Source: Candidatus Poribacteria bacterium
GTDB taxonomy: Bacteria > Poribacteria > WGA-4E > JAJDTR01
Assembly: GCA_965232535.1 (NCBI GenBank)
Contig: CBDDPW010000007.1
Location: 199,662 to 263,661, forward strand
Length of the DNA: 64,000 nt
Reading direction: 5' to 3'
Shown: in pieces, positions 21,113 through 30,900 of the stretch
Numbering within the stretch: the first letter of the stretch is position 1
Layout: the number at the start of each line of letters is the position of its first letter
The notes under the pieces: model-generated
Told to the model about the DNA's origin: nothing
Seen by the model: only the letters and a program-made list of their open reading frames with translations
Databases searched by the model: none
Position numbers and translations under genes: made by a program

Positions 21113-21769
21113 TTAACCCTTGTCTTCCGAAGTCTCTTCCGTAGTTTTCTTCTGTCGCGTCATTCTAACTTTGAATTTGACGCCCCCGTCCGCCATTTGC
21201 TTTCCGGTGCGTCGGTTGAAGGTGAAATGCTTGGCTTCCAATCTATCGGCGTTTTGAAGAACGACGACATTATCCCGGAGGTCGACGGTATCGTCCGTAT
21301 GGTTCAAGATTGCGTGTTCGCATGTGGCAAAAATGTCCTCGTCGCGGATTTCAACGTTTCCTTCAGCGACCGTTTTGAAATATTCACCGGTCTTAACGTT
21401 TTCGTGCAAGGTTACCTTATCCGCGTTTAGAAAACCGTTGGGACGCTTTATCTTGACGTTTCCAATTAGGATAGTAAGACCTTTCTTCTCATCCCGCTCC
21501 ATGTCTTCGGCAGTTCCATTGATTACTCCCTCGTCGTCCGATGCGTCAGCCGTATCAGTCTCAACTTGCTCTTGCGCGGCGCTAGCCGTGTCGGGCACTT
21601 CCGCGTACGCATCGCGCGGCAATGATTGAGTGCAAAGGCAAAAACCAAATGCCCAAATCAACGCTACCATTCCTCTCTCGGCCCAAGATCGAAAACCGAG
21701 AGGCATTTCACCTACGTAGGCTGATGTTTTTCCCCGAATTTCACTGATTTGATTCATTGCGCTTATCAT
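21113..21769 (-). CDS. lptA: LptA/OstA-like periplasmic LPS transport protein
   Basis: 218 aa with repeated OstA-type 'GNV.I' strands ('LIGNVKIKR', 'AEGNVEIRD', 'LRDNVVVLQ'). The position between lptC and lptB supports the call. The start codon is uncertain. Confidence 0.65.
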   Translation of the reverse strand: MISAMNQISEIRGKTSAYVGEMPLGFRSWAERGMVALIWAFGFCLCTQSLPRDAYAEVPDTASAAQEQVETDTADASDDEGVINGTAEDMERDEKKGLTILIGNVKIKRPNGFLNADKVTLHENVKTGEYFKTVAEGNVEIRDEDIFATCEHAILNHTDDTVDLRDNVVVLQNADRLEAKHFTFNRRTGKQMADGGVKFKVRMTRQKKTTEETSEDKG

Positions 21770-22334
21770 CCTTCGGATTAATCCTGAACTGTGTATTTTT
21801 CATTGTGAGTTTTTCAAGCGATGGACTGGCTTCCATCTCATTCCCGGTTAGCGTTGAATCTCCGCGCACAACTTTTGACATGTTAGGCGCAAATAATTTA
21901 CCGTCTTGATCGCGCCAATGGAGTTCGTCCGTATATAGTTTCCCATCTTGGCTTTCACCAACAACTTGCTCGAACAGATGAATGTCATTTGATCGCTTGA
22001 TTATTTCGCCGCGATTACCTGTAAGTGTAATCTTCAGTTCGCCGTCTTCAAAAATTTCGACAGTTGGCTCTTTCACGGCAATTACGTTCTTTAAGAATGT
22101 CGCCTCAGAGCCAACAAGCACCCACTTTACAACTCCCGCCTCGGTATGGCTGGTCGAAAACCCGTGGAGCGTCTGTTGGGGAATCTCCTTCGTGAACTCC
22201 GTGACATCCCCTTGTCCTGTGTCACACCCTAGTCCGGAAAAGGTGACAATCGTTATCAAGACGGTTAAGACCGAGCAGAGCCGGCGTTCGGTTTCAGTTT
22301 GATAAGTTAAAATCAGGGGGCGGCTAGGAATCAA
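21741..22334 (-). CDS. lptC: LptC-like LPS export protein
   Basis: 197 aa with an N-terminal anchor and a beta-jellyroll-like repeat pattern ('KWVLVGSEATF...VEIFEDGELKITLTGNRGEI'). The position upstream of lptA supports the call. Confidence 0.6.
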   Translation of the reverse strand: MIPSRPLILTYQTETERRLCSVLTVLITIVTFSGLGCDTGQGDVTEFTKEIPQQTLHGFSTSHTEAGVVKWVLVGSEATFLKNVIAVKEPTVEIFEDGELKITLTGNRGEIIKRSNDIHLFEQVVGESQDGKLYTDELHWRDQDGKLFAPNMSKVVRGDSTLTGNEMEASPSLEKLTMKNTQFRINPKDDKRNESNQ

Positions 22335-23253
22335 TTACATCTCCGGGCTGTTTTTTCCATCGCTCATGCATCCAGATCCATTGTTCGGGATAACGCCTCA
22401 CGTAAGATTCAATTCTTTCGGTGAACATCTGAGTGTTGATTAGGAAATCTTTGTCTCGATCGCCGGTTCTCTTTAGATTTAACGGCGGCTCAACAACCAC
22501 GCGATGCGAATCATCGGGTTGCCGAATAATGAACGTTGGCAAAACCGCCGCCCCGGTTTTGAGCGCAATCGCCACAGGACTGTACGGTGTATGAGCGGGG
22601 CGACCCATAAAATCAACAAACACGCCGTCTACGCTCGTATCCACGTCTGCCAGAACACCGATCAGTTCATTTCGATTGAGGCAACGCAGAATGTCACGGG
22701 CGGCGCTATCTCGGTCGATGGTGGAATATCCGGCGGCTCGCCGCCAACCGCTAACAAGAGCGTCTAAGCGTTGTGACCTCAATCGGCGAGCTATCGGCGT
22801 CAGAGGCGCTACTTGTTCCACGAGGCTTGCCGCCAGTAGTTCCCAATTACCGAAATGCCCCGTAAGGATTATTGCTCCCTTCCCTTCCGCCAATGCGCCG
22901 TCAATATGGGTTTTGCCCTCGAAAGTAACAATCTCTCGATTATTCTCGCTTGATGTATACGGGAAGCGGATAAACTCAATGAGATTCTTCCCCAAGTTTC
23001 GAAAACAGCGGCGGACAATGCGTTTGGCGGAAGTTCCGTCCTTAAACTCAAGGCTGAGATTAATGTTCTTCTCGGCGAGCCCCCTTTGTTCGGAGGCAAA
23101 CCGATAGGCGACAGATCCGAGCAAAGCCCCGAACGATAGCGCAATCTTGCGAGGAAACATGACAGCACATGCGCAAACCAGTTTCGCTGTAAACCCATAA
23201 CTGGAATCCTTCAAGAAACGCGACATGTTCCCGGGTTGTGCGAGAATGTGCAT
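22324..23253 (-). CDS. lysophospholipid/lipid A biosynthesis acyltransferase (LpxL/HtrB family)
   Basis: 309 aa with 'ILTGHFGNWE' (HX4D/E-type acyltransferase motif) and 'VLADVD'. Confidence 0.75.
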   Translation of the reverse strand: MHILAQPGNMSRFLKDSSYGFTAKLVCACAVMFPRKIALSFGALLGSVAYRFASEQRGLAEKNINLSLEFKDGTSAKRIVRRCFRNLGKNLIEFIRFPYTSSENNREIVTFEGKTHIDGALAEGKGAIILTGHFGNWELLAASLVEQVAPLTPIARRLRSQRLDALVSGWRRAAGYSTIDRDSAARDILRCLNRNELIGVLADVDTSVDGVFVDFMGRPAHTPYSPVAIALKTGAAVLPTFIIRQPDDSHRVVVEPPLNLKRTGDRDKDFLINTQMFTERIESYVRRYPEQWIWMHERWKKQPGDVIDS

Positions 23254-24000
23254 CGCACGCTGGCGATCAAATCTTAGCCTACAATTTTCCGAAACTCTAG
23301 CAAAAGTTATACCATATTTCGGCGTGTATTATAGCAGATAGTAAGATTGAATAACAAGCCGATTTGAGTCATCTGCTTTCAGGGAAATCGCATCTGAAAC
23401 TGCGGCATGGAGGGATTAACGGACGGATCTGTGAAAAGGAAAACGGGATAGTGTGATGCGTGGGAATCCTACAATCCAAACATGTAGAGGAAAAGTAATT
23501 CGTAATGCGTAAGAAAATCGGTGGCTCTTCAGAGTTAAGTGTGAGAATCAAATTTACGTAGGATACGCACGGCGAAGCCTCCAATAGATTGTAGGAGATC
23601 AAAAGAACGGATAGTGACTGCGATAGTGATCCCATCTCCGAATCGCGACCATCTATCGCGCGCAAAACTCGCTCCTACAGGCGACGCCAAATAACCTGCG
23701 CTAGTAAAATCCGAACCGTGTTAATTCTAATGTCCATAATTCCTAGTTGAAATGACTATATGCGTCCAAATTTCGGCAGAAACTACTCTGTAGTTGGAAA
23801 TGTCAAGCGGTCTTGTCAAGGGTACATACATCGAAGATTCAGAACCATATCGGGTATCATTGCAATCAGCTGGATCTATTAGGCAAACCGTGTGTTCGTG
23901 TAGCAAGTTTCATTCCCCCACTCAATCCCGAAGACTCAAATCGGTTTAGCTTTTACGCAAAATGAATCATCAATGCGACGTGCAGAGACTGCAGAGACGG

Positions 24001-24648
24001 TCAACTGTGCTCGATCGTCTGGTTGGGAATCTGGCCAGGCTCAAAGTCTTCGAAAAGTAACTCTCGCCGAATCCACGACACAACGTCATGGAGACCGGCT
24101 CCATCTCGCAAATTGGTAAATACAAAGGGCTTGTCGCCGCGCATCCGTTTCGTGTCTTTCTCCATAACACCGAGATCCGCCCCTACGTAATCCGCCAAGT
24201 CAATCTTGTTGATAATCAGCAAATCGGAGCGCGTGAGACCTGGTCCGCCCTTTCGCGGAATTTTGTCTCCACCAGCGACATCTATGACGTAGATTGCGGC
24301 ATCCACGAGTTCCGGGCTAAAAAAGGCGGCAAGATTGTCGCCGCCGCTCTCAAGAAACAGAATATCCAGATTTGGAAAATCGTTACTCATCTGATCGACT
24401 GCCTCAAGATTGGCGGAGATGTCCTCCCTGATAGCCGTGTGCGGGCAGCCCCCGGTTTCAACACCGAGGATTCGCTCCATGGGTAACGCTTCAAGGCGTG
24501 TGAGTATCTCTGCGTCTTCGCGTGTGAAGATGTCGTTCGTTACTGCCGCCAACTCGTAGGTGTCGCGCATGGTTTTGCACAGCTTTTCAATCAATGCGGT
24601 TTTGCCCGATCCGACGGGACCCCCGATGCCGATTTTCAACGGTTTCAT
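24001..24648 (-). CDS. ureG: urease accessory GTPase
   Basis: 215 aa with '[15 protein letters not shown]', '[13 protein letters not shown]', 'ESGGDNL' and 'INKIDL'. Confidence 0.9.
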   Translation of the reverse strand: MKPLKIGIGGPVGSGKTALIEKLCKTMRDTYELAAVTNDIFTREDAEILTRLEALPMERILGVETGGCPHTAIREDISANLEAVDQMSNDFPNLDILFLESGGDNLAAFFSPELVDAAIYVIDVAGGDKIPRKGGPGLTRSDLLIINKIDLADYVGADLGVMEKDTKRMRGDKPFVFTNLRDGAGLHDVVSWIRRELLFEDFEPGQIPNQTIEHS

Positions 24649-24709
24649 TGCCGTCTTGCCTTTACGTTTTCAATTTATTGGTCCGTTTGACTTGGGTGTA
24701 AGAACTAGA

Positions 24710-25459
24710 TTAGGAGATGAAGAGCCTTGAATACAGCCTTTCGTGCCGCATACTTTGGATATCAAGACCGGGGGTAAAACCGCCTAGACTTTCCATATCC
24801 GCGGTCTGCGCGAACTCGGCGACCTCCAAGAGATCGGAACGAAGATGTTGGATAACCCGTTGTCCGTCCGTGGGCTTGAGTGGAATCAATCGTACCGCGG
24901 CGGACACTTGGTTCACAACAAACGCGTGAAGATAGCCTAGCAGCGTCAAACGGAGGTCAATCTTCACCGCGCACGCAACCAAGCCGTAAGCGATGGAGTG
25001 GTGCCCGGCGCATTTTCCCGATTGAATCCGTTTCAAATATTCGTCCAACATTTCACTCTTTGCTAGTGTTGCGGTGTTACGAAGAAACTGTTTGCCAATC
25101 TTGACACTCCCCTCTCTCAATTCACGAGAAATTTTCATCGCCGTTAGGCGATGATCGAGGTGGACAATCTGCTCAATTTCAGTTGCTTTATACGTCAGCG
25201 CAACAGCGAGGGCGTCGCCGGTTCGCATGCCGTGATGGAGCGTGGCGCGGAGAAAGGCTTCAAGCGACTCGCGATTGTGCACCCTCCCATTCTGAACATA
25301 GGTTTCCAGCCCAAAGGAGTGGGCAAACGCGCCTGTCGGGAAGAAACTATCCGTGAATTGAAGGAGAGCCAAAAGGGACTCGCTCGTTGTTGACGTGTCA
25401 GTGGACATGGGCATGGGATGCGGATTGACGGGCGGCGTGTGTGAAGACACGCTCTTCAA
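24710..25459 (-). CDS. ureF: urease accessory protein UreF
   Basis: 'LLALLQFTDSFFPTGAFAHSFGLE' matches the UreF N-terminal signature. The true start is probably an internal Met (about 25408-25414). Confidence 0.8.
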   Translation of the reverse strand: MKSVSSHTPPVNPHPMPMSTDTSTTSESLLALLQFTDSFFPTGAFAHSFGLETYVQNGRVHNRESLEAFLRATLHHGMRTGDALAVALTYKATEIEQIVHLDHRLTAMKISRELREGSVKIGKQFLRNTATLAKSEMLDEYLKRIQSGKCAGHHSIAYGLVACAVKIDLRLTLLGYLHAFVVNQVSAAVRLIPLKPTDGQRVIQHLRSDLLEVAEFAQTADMESLGGFTPGLDIQSMRHERLYSRLFIS

Positions 25460-25847
25460 TAGTGTAATGAAGTCCTAGCCGAGAGAGTTGATTCCCTAGG
25501 ACGGGTTCATACGGAACGAGAATCGAGCCGTTATCGAATCCGAGGGAGCGATGTAGATTTCCTATCTGGTAGCAGACGAGACCGTAATCCTCGGTCTTAT
25601 CGGGACGAAGAACAAATACCTTTTCGGGCAATCCTTCTACGACAATCTCAACCTCCGGATCCCGGTACAAGACGTCTCCGGGAGATAACACCGTCCCGGT
25701 AGGCAGTGCGAGACCTATCTCTCGCCCGGCTTCCGTCTTGAGTCGTTGGCGGCATTTTTGGCGGGCTTCCCAATCCAATTTTACTACATCGCGCTCTAGC
25801 GGCGGGACTTTGACAACTTCTGTGACAATCTCTTGGACGAGGAGCAT
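25398..25847 (-). CDS. ureE: urease accessory metallochaperone UreE
   Basis: 149 aa with a UreE-like 'YQIGNLHRSL' (GNRH-type motif) and a His-containing tail 'SASHAHVH'. Lies upstream of ureF-ureG. Confidence 0.7.
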   Translation of the reverse strand: MLLVQEIVTEVVKVPPLERDVVKLDWEARQKCRQRLKTEAGREIGLALPTGTVLSPGDVLYRDPEVEIVVEGLPEKVFVLRPDKTEDYGLVCYQIGNLHRSLGFDNGSILVPYEPVLGNQLSRLGLHYTIEERVFTHAARQSASHAHVH

Positions 25848-25865
25848 CGTACTTCCGGTTTATGA

Positions 25866-26336
25866 TTATTCAAGGATTAGATTGTGAATTGAGAACCCGA
25901 GTTCTTCGTCCACCGAGTTCTGCTCATAGTCGATCCACACCTCAGTTGGATAACCCAACTCGGGGTGATATTTTGCCGAAATAGTATGGGCATTCTCGTC
26001 GATTGCCGACTGGAGTAGATCAAACAGTCCATCCATTACCTTGTAGCGTTCAATAGCGGCGTTGAGGGGAACCGGAGCGTCGCTTTCGACACAAGCGGCA
26101 CCCTGAATTCGATTTTCTCCCACGGTGATATTCACTTCGGCGACGAAGTCCATAGTGCAATAGCAGGACCATTGGAAGTTGAATTGATAGTTCGACGCCA
26201 TTTGCGAGTCCCACGTCTTTCGATTGCTGTTAAGGAATGATTGGGTGTCAACATGCCGGTCATCGCCCAGTCCAAGGATATCACATCCGCACAACGGCGC
26301 GAGCATGCAGTATATCACGATCATGCGAAACAACAT
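25866..26336 (-). CDS. hypothetical lipoprotein
   Basis: 156 aa. A lipobox-like 'MLAPLCGC' follows a hydrophobic N-terminus. It contains a 'FQWSCYC' motif. I recognise no function. Confidence 0.4.
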   Translation of the reverse strand: MLFRMIVIYCMLAPLCGCDILGLGDDRHVDTQSFLNSNRKTWDSQMASNYQFNFQWSCYCTMDFVAEVNITVGENRIQGAACVESDAPVPLNAAIERYKVMDGLFDLLQSAIDENAHTISAKYHPELGYPTEVWIDYEQNSVDEELGFSIHNLILE

Positions 26337-26369
26337 GCTTCCATTCCTCGCCCTAGATGGCCGCCTTGC

Positions 26370-26759
26370 CTAGTCACGTTGAGAGCTTGATTTTGGCAAT
26401 TCCCGCAAACCGTACCAATTACCCTCCGGATCGAGGAAGATGGCGAATTTGCCCCAGGGCAATTCTTTAGGCTTGTGAGAAAACTGCACACCCCGCTCCG
26501 CCATTGACTTGTGGGTTTCTTCAATATCGTCGCATTCAAACACGAGCGACGGCTTTCGCTCAGCCCAATCTTCCATCATACTTTTGGGAAAAATGACGAT
26601 GCAGGAGTCGGCTCCTGGCGGCGCCAGTTCAAGCCATCTGGCTTCGGGGCCCATGGACAAATCTCTGCGTATTTCAAACCCGACTTGTTTTTCCCAAAAT
26701 CGGTTGGCAACTTCTTGATCTGTCACATAGATGGCGGCTGTAGCTATTTTCTCAATCAT
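26370..26759 (-). CDS. VOC (glyoxalase/bleomycin-resistance/dioxygenase) family protein
   Basis: 129 aa with a paired beta-alpha-beta-beta-beta pattern: 'AAIYVTDQEVANRFWEKQVGFEI' and 'FAIFLDPEGNWYGL'. Confidence 0.75.
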   Translation of the reverse strand: MIEKIATAAIYVTDQEVANRFWEKQVGFEIRRDLSMGPEARWLELAPPGADSCIVIFPKSMMEDWAERKPSLVFECDDIEETHKSMAERGVQFSHKPKELPWGKFAIFLDPEGNWYGLRELPKSSSQRD

Positions 26760-26921
26760 GAATATGGACTCCCTGAGGAAATGACTTAAGGTAAGTTAGA
26801 CGCGGTCGAAAGCAGGATGATATCCTGTGGCTACAATCTGCGATAGCCATTTGGAATTGTCGCTGACAGGTGTTTTAGACCTAAGAACGAGTATAGTGTA
26901 TGTTTTCTTTAAATGCGCTAG

Positions 26922-27812
26922 TTAGCTGTTTTCTATATTCATCAAGCTAGACAAAGCGCGCCCGACTTCTGCATCGTCTTTTAATATGAATGCCATCCGT
27001 TCCGAAAGGTCACCCAAAAGAATCCTCTCGTCCCTTGCAAGTGCCAGACATTGTTCATCGGAAAATCTGTGCACACCCACGCTAAGCGCATGATGCAGAG
27101 CAAGTATTGGATTCTGGTCATTGATGAATAGTCTTTGTGGAATAACATCCTTCGTCATGCCAAGTGCTGTTTTGAATTGGGTTTCTTTGATGGCAGCATT
27201 TAACTTATCAATAGGATCAGGTGTTGTTCCAATCTTTTTTGCGACTTTGAGAATCCTCTTTAAAATCCGATTTTTTTGGTTCTCCACTACTCGTCGATAA
27301 TAAGCAAAGGCGCCTATGCCGAACCCCTGGTTCTCGCACCTTAGGCCCTGCAAAAAGAGATCTCTGTCGGGTTCAATAAGTTCAATGAGTTTTGAAGGAA
27401 CATGTGGGCCATATGGCGGAAATTCGCCAAACTTGCAACATTCCCCTTGTGGTAATCCCTTCTTGTAGACTGTCGCCGCCAAAGAATATACTTTTAGCGT
27501 TTGTCGACAGTTTGAACACTGATACGCAATATAGAGATAACGACACTCATTCTCTACCAAAGTATCTTGCTCTTGTGCGCCGTAGAAGTCGCGAAAAGTC
27601 ATGATTCGATTACAACAATCAGTCGAGCAGTAAAGATTAAGGTTGGGTTTTCTCAGTCTGGCTTGAACGCCCGGGTATGGGCCTATGTTCTGCCATATGG
27701 CTAAATCGGAGATATGTGCTGTTTTATTTGGGGGAGTGTTTTCCAGAAATTCAGACATGGTCTGGTAGTCTATCTTGTTCTGTGTTCGTTGCTGATTGTT
27801 TATACTTGTCAT
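26922..27812 (-). CDS. hypothetical protein, Cys-rich Zn-ribbon-like N-terminal half and DUF4145-like C-terminal half (tentative)
   Basis: 296 aa. It has a Cys cluster 'CSTDCC...' and 'CSNC'. The helical C-terminal segment 'ILALHHALSVGVHRFSDEQ' is loosely like the DUF4145 core. The gene lies 118 nt downstream of the R-M-S gene on the same strand. Confidence 0.35.
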   Translation of the reverse strand: MTSINNQQRTQNKIDYQTMSEFLENTPPNKTAHISDLAIWQNIGPYPGVQARLRKPNLNLYCSTDCCNRIMTFRDFYGAQEQDTLVENECRYLYIAYQCSNCRQTLKVYSLAATVYKKGLPQGECCKFGEFPPYGPHVPSKLIELIEPDRDLFLQGLRCENQGFGIGAFAYYRRVVENQKNRILKRILKVAKKIGTTPDPIDKLNAAIKETQFKTALGMTKDVIPQRLFINDQNPILALHHALSVGVHRFSDEQCLALARDERILLGDLSERMAFILKDDAEVGRALSSLMNIENS

Positions 27813-27929
27813 GGAGAAATCTCTTTGACAGGTTGATAAGTCTTGCGAAGTTGAAAAATCGGAACTTAACAGTTCATTGGCGCACCAGAAGCGACCCGAC
27901 TTCCGATGCGTGGTGAATTTAGTATTCCT

Positions 27930-30900
27930 CTAAAAAAGATAGTGTGCGAGAATGGCATTTTTCCGATCGACGGCGTTGTCAATTACCGCTTGAGTTTGGG
28001 TAATTTCTATTTCCAATTGTTTGATTTCTGCTACTAACTGAGACGCGATATCAGGCTCGGGAACAGGAATTCTTTCAATTTTCTCCCAAGATGTCCTAGG
28101 CAGTTGTTGGCCCGCAACAGTCCCAAGTACATCAGAGTTAAATTCTTCCGAGAGCAGAAAATGCTTGTAAAACATGCTAATGGTTGGTTCGAATGGCCGA
28201 AGTACAAGTATATCCGTTGAACAGATTCCATCTATACTCGCCAAGTAGACTTTATTCAAATTGGGTCTCAACTTGCCATACAGAATATCACCTTTGCGAA
28301 AGACATTCTTATGGCTTTTTATCTTGGAAAAATCAGATTGAGGGTCGCCTACCAATGCACCTGTTTGGCTCTCAATGTGTTCTAAACCGACATTAATCAC
28401 GGAACCGTGTTTCTCTATTGGGTTAATGATGTCCGGTAGTCGGTATACCACTTGGTTTAACGTTGATGTTCTTTCGGCAGAAGTAATCAAATCCTGAATT
28501 CGCTGTTTTTTAGTGGCGACGACTTCTTGACAGTTTTCAGTCTCTTCATCGACTGCACCGCATTCGTAGACAATGTGCTGTTGCACTTCTAACGGGGGAA
28601 CGGGGATTTTAATTTCCTTCAGTGTCCCTGAGAGATTGTTTATATTTGAGCCGGTGCATGTATTTTTTATAATAGTTTTATAGGCAGGAATGTTTAATAA
28701 CTCAAAAAGATAGTGATTTAGAAACCCAGAGTTTCTAGTTCGCAGAATGGCCATAAACCCACCCGCATAGAATTGTGTATTGTTCTTGATGTAAGCCATT
28801 TTACCAACATGCTTTCTACTACCACTGGAAAAACAGACAAAAAGGTCATTTGCCATGAGTCGTTTTTCGTCATCTAGCTTCACACTATCACGCAAGAATA
28901 TCTGTTTTTTTAGTGCAAACGTCCCGTCTATCGTAATATTATCTGCTGTTAAAATGATCTTTGAGGTCGGAGTCACAGACTCGTCATTCTTGCTGTAAGT
29001 TACTCCCCTGATTATTTTTGTTATCTCTCCAAGTTTTCTGATCTCATATCCTGCATTTATTGCTGATTGCATTGTATCTTGAATCTGTTCTCGTGGGTTA
29101 AGGTTGATTGCTTTGTTGAAATTCTTGCGACTGAAATCCAACATATCGGTGAGTTTAGCATATCGACAATTGGGAGGCACCTCGTCAATGGTTTCAAGGA
29201 CAAAGTTGCGTTTGATTGCCGTGTTTATCTTCTGGCGGTTGTCTAAATCTTTGGGGTCAAATAAGGGAGTGATGATGTCGTTAACCGTCTCTCCATCGTT
29301 ATATTTGATACCTTCACTGCCTTTAGCATCGCTCCACTCGTACCCTAGGAATTGCTTTCGTTCTTTGACAGTATTCGGTGCATTTACAATCAGCACGCTG
29401 TTTTCTTGCTCATGTGCTAGGATAAAGTAGAGAAGTTTGTCTTTTTCTTTGGTATGTAGGTAAGCGATAAAACTCGATTCAATTTCTGCGTCTTGTTCGG
29501 CAGTTGTTAACATTCTAAACGTTTTTGATTTTTTCCGGTTTTTAATCTTTGCACTTGCGTCAAAGTCTTGCTGGTAAGTCTTGAAAACATCGTACTGCAA
29601 TAACTCGGCAGGTTGTTCGAGGTTGGTTTGGGCGAAGAGCTTAATGTATTGTTCATAGGGAACTTCAATATGGTTGCAATAGGCTTGAATTAGGTACGAA
29701 TCTTGATACGCATTATCTTCCATATCGCCTTCGAAAAAGTCATTCACTCGATTTGTATAGTGTTCAGCGACCTCCGGTTTTTGAGTTTTACGTCGCAAAA
29801 ACAATACCGCAGTGTTAGTGGCTGTTTTGCCAAAGGTGCCACCGCCGAGTTCGGCGATACTCACGATATCAAAAAACTGCAGGATTAACTCACGCGTTCG
29901 GACATTCACCGCATCTGAATTAGACAAAATACTAGAGGGAACAATGACACCAGCCACTCCACCTGGAGCGAGTAGGTGATGAATTCGTTCTATAAAGAAA
30001 CATTGAATTGAATTGGTATTGCTGTTCTGCCCTGTAGCTTCGACGAGTTGATATTGCTTTTTGTCCTCCTCGCTCAGGGTTTGCAGAAATCCTTCTACGG
30101 CGAAGGGCGGATTTGCAACAAGGACATCGAAATTAGCTAGCGGAACCTCAGAATGAGACGCGAGTGCATCGGCATCAAGGATTTTGATTTGCTCTTGGCC
30201 ATACATATAAGAAGCAACCTTGGCAACCTTCGCCAAGCGATCTTCTTTTTCAATTCCTATGATTTGGGTGTAATAGTCGCTTGGGTTGGCGCCCTGTGCT
30301 TCAACCAACGGCGCGATCTGATGAGCGTATTCAGTTAGGAAATGCCCAGCCCCACATGCGAAATCGATAGCTTTTATCGGTTCGGAACCGTGTTCAATCA
30401 TTTGAGAGAGCGGCAGGGAAGCCACGATGAATTTGCAGATTGGCAGAGGAGTGAAAAACTGACCTTCGGATTGTTTGATGCTGTTGTCAAGGAAATACTC
30501 AAACATATCACCCAAAAATTGGTTTGGGCAATCAGTTTTGAGTTGTACGCCCTGCCACATTTGGACAATTTCTAACAACACTTTGGCGTTCTTGGTAAAC
30601 AGGTTCTCATTGTGAGTATCCAGAAATGAGAAGGCAGAATTGGTGAAGAACTTCAATTCTCGAAAATAGGCTTGAATCTGTTTTTTGGTGGCGTTACTTT
30701 TGTTTTTGATTGTCCAAAATGCGGAATCTATTTGCTCGTTACTGATGTAGCTGATTTCCTCGTTTAGATACTTGCGCATGCCTTTTTGATAAAGGTCTTG
30801 CAGTCTATCCACGAAGTCAAAGTAATTGTCGGAAGCGATTCCTTTCCAATAGAACTTTAGGTCGGTTTTGTTTTCTTCTTCATCAACAATCTTACAAAGA

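Noticed and set aside
23369-23665. 98-aa ORF in the long ureG/lpxL intergenic region, considered as a possible ureD relic.
   Set aside because: The translation shows no similarity to UreD-type sequence patterns and has an atypical composition. The start context is poor.
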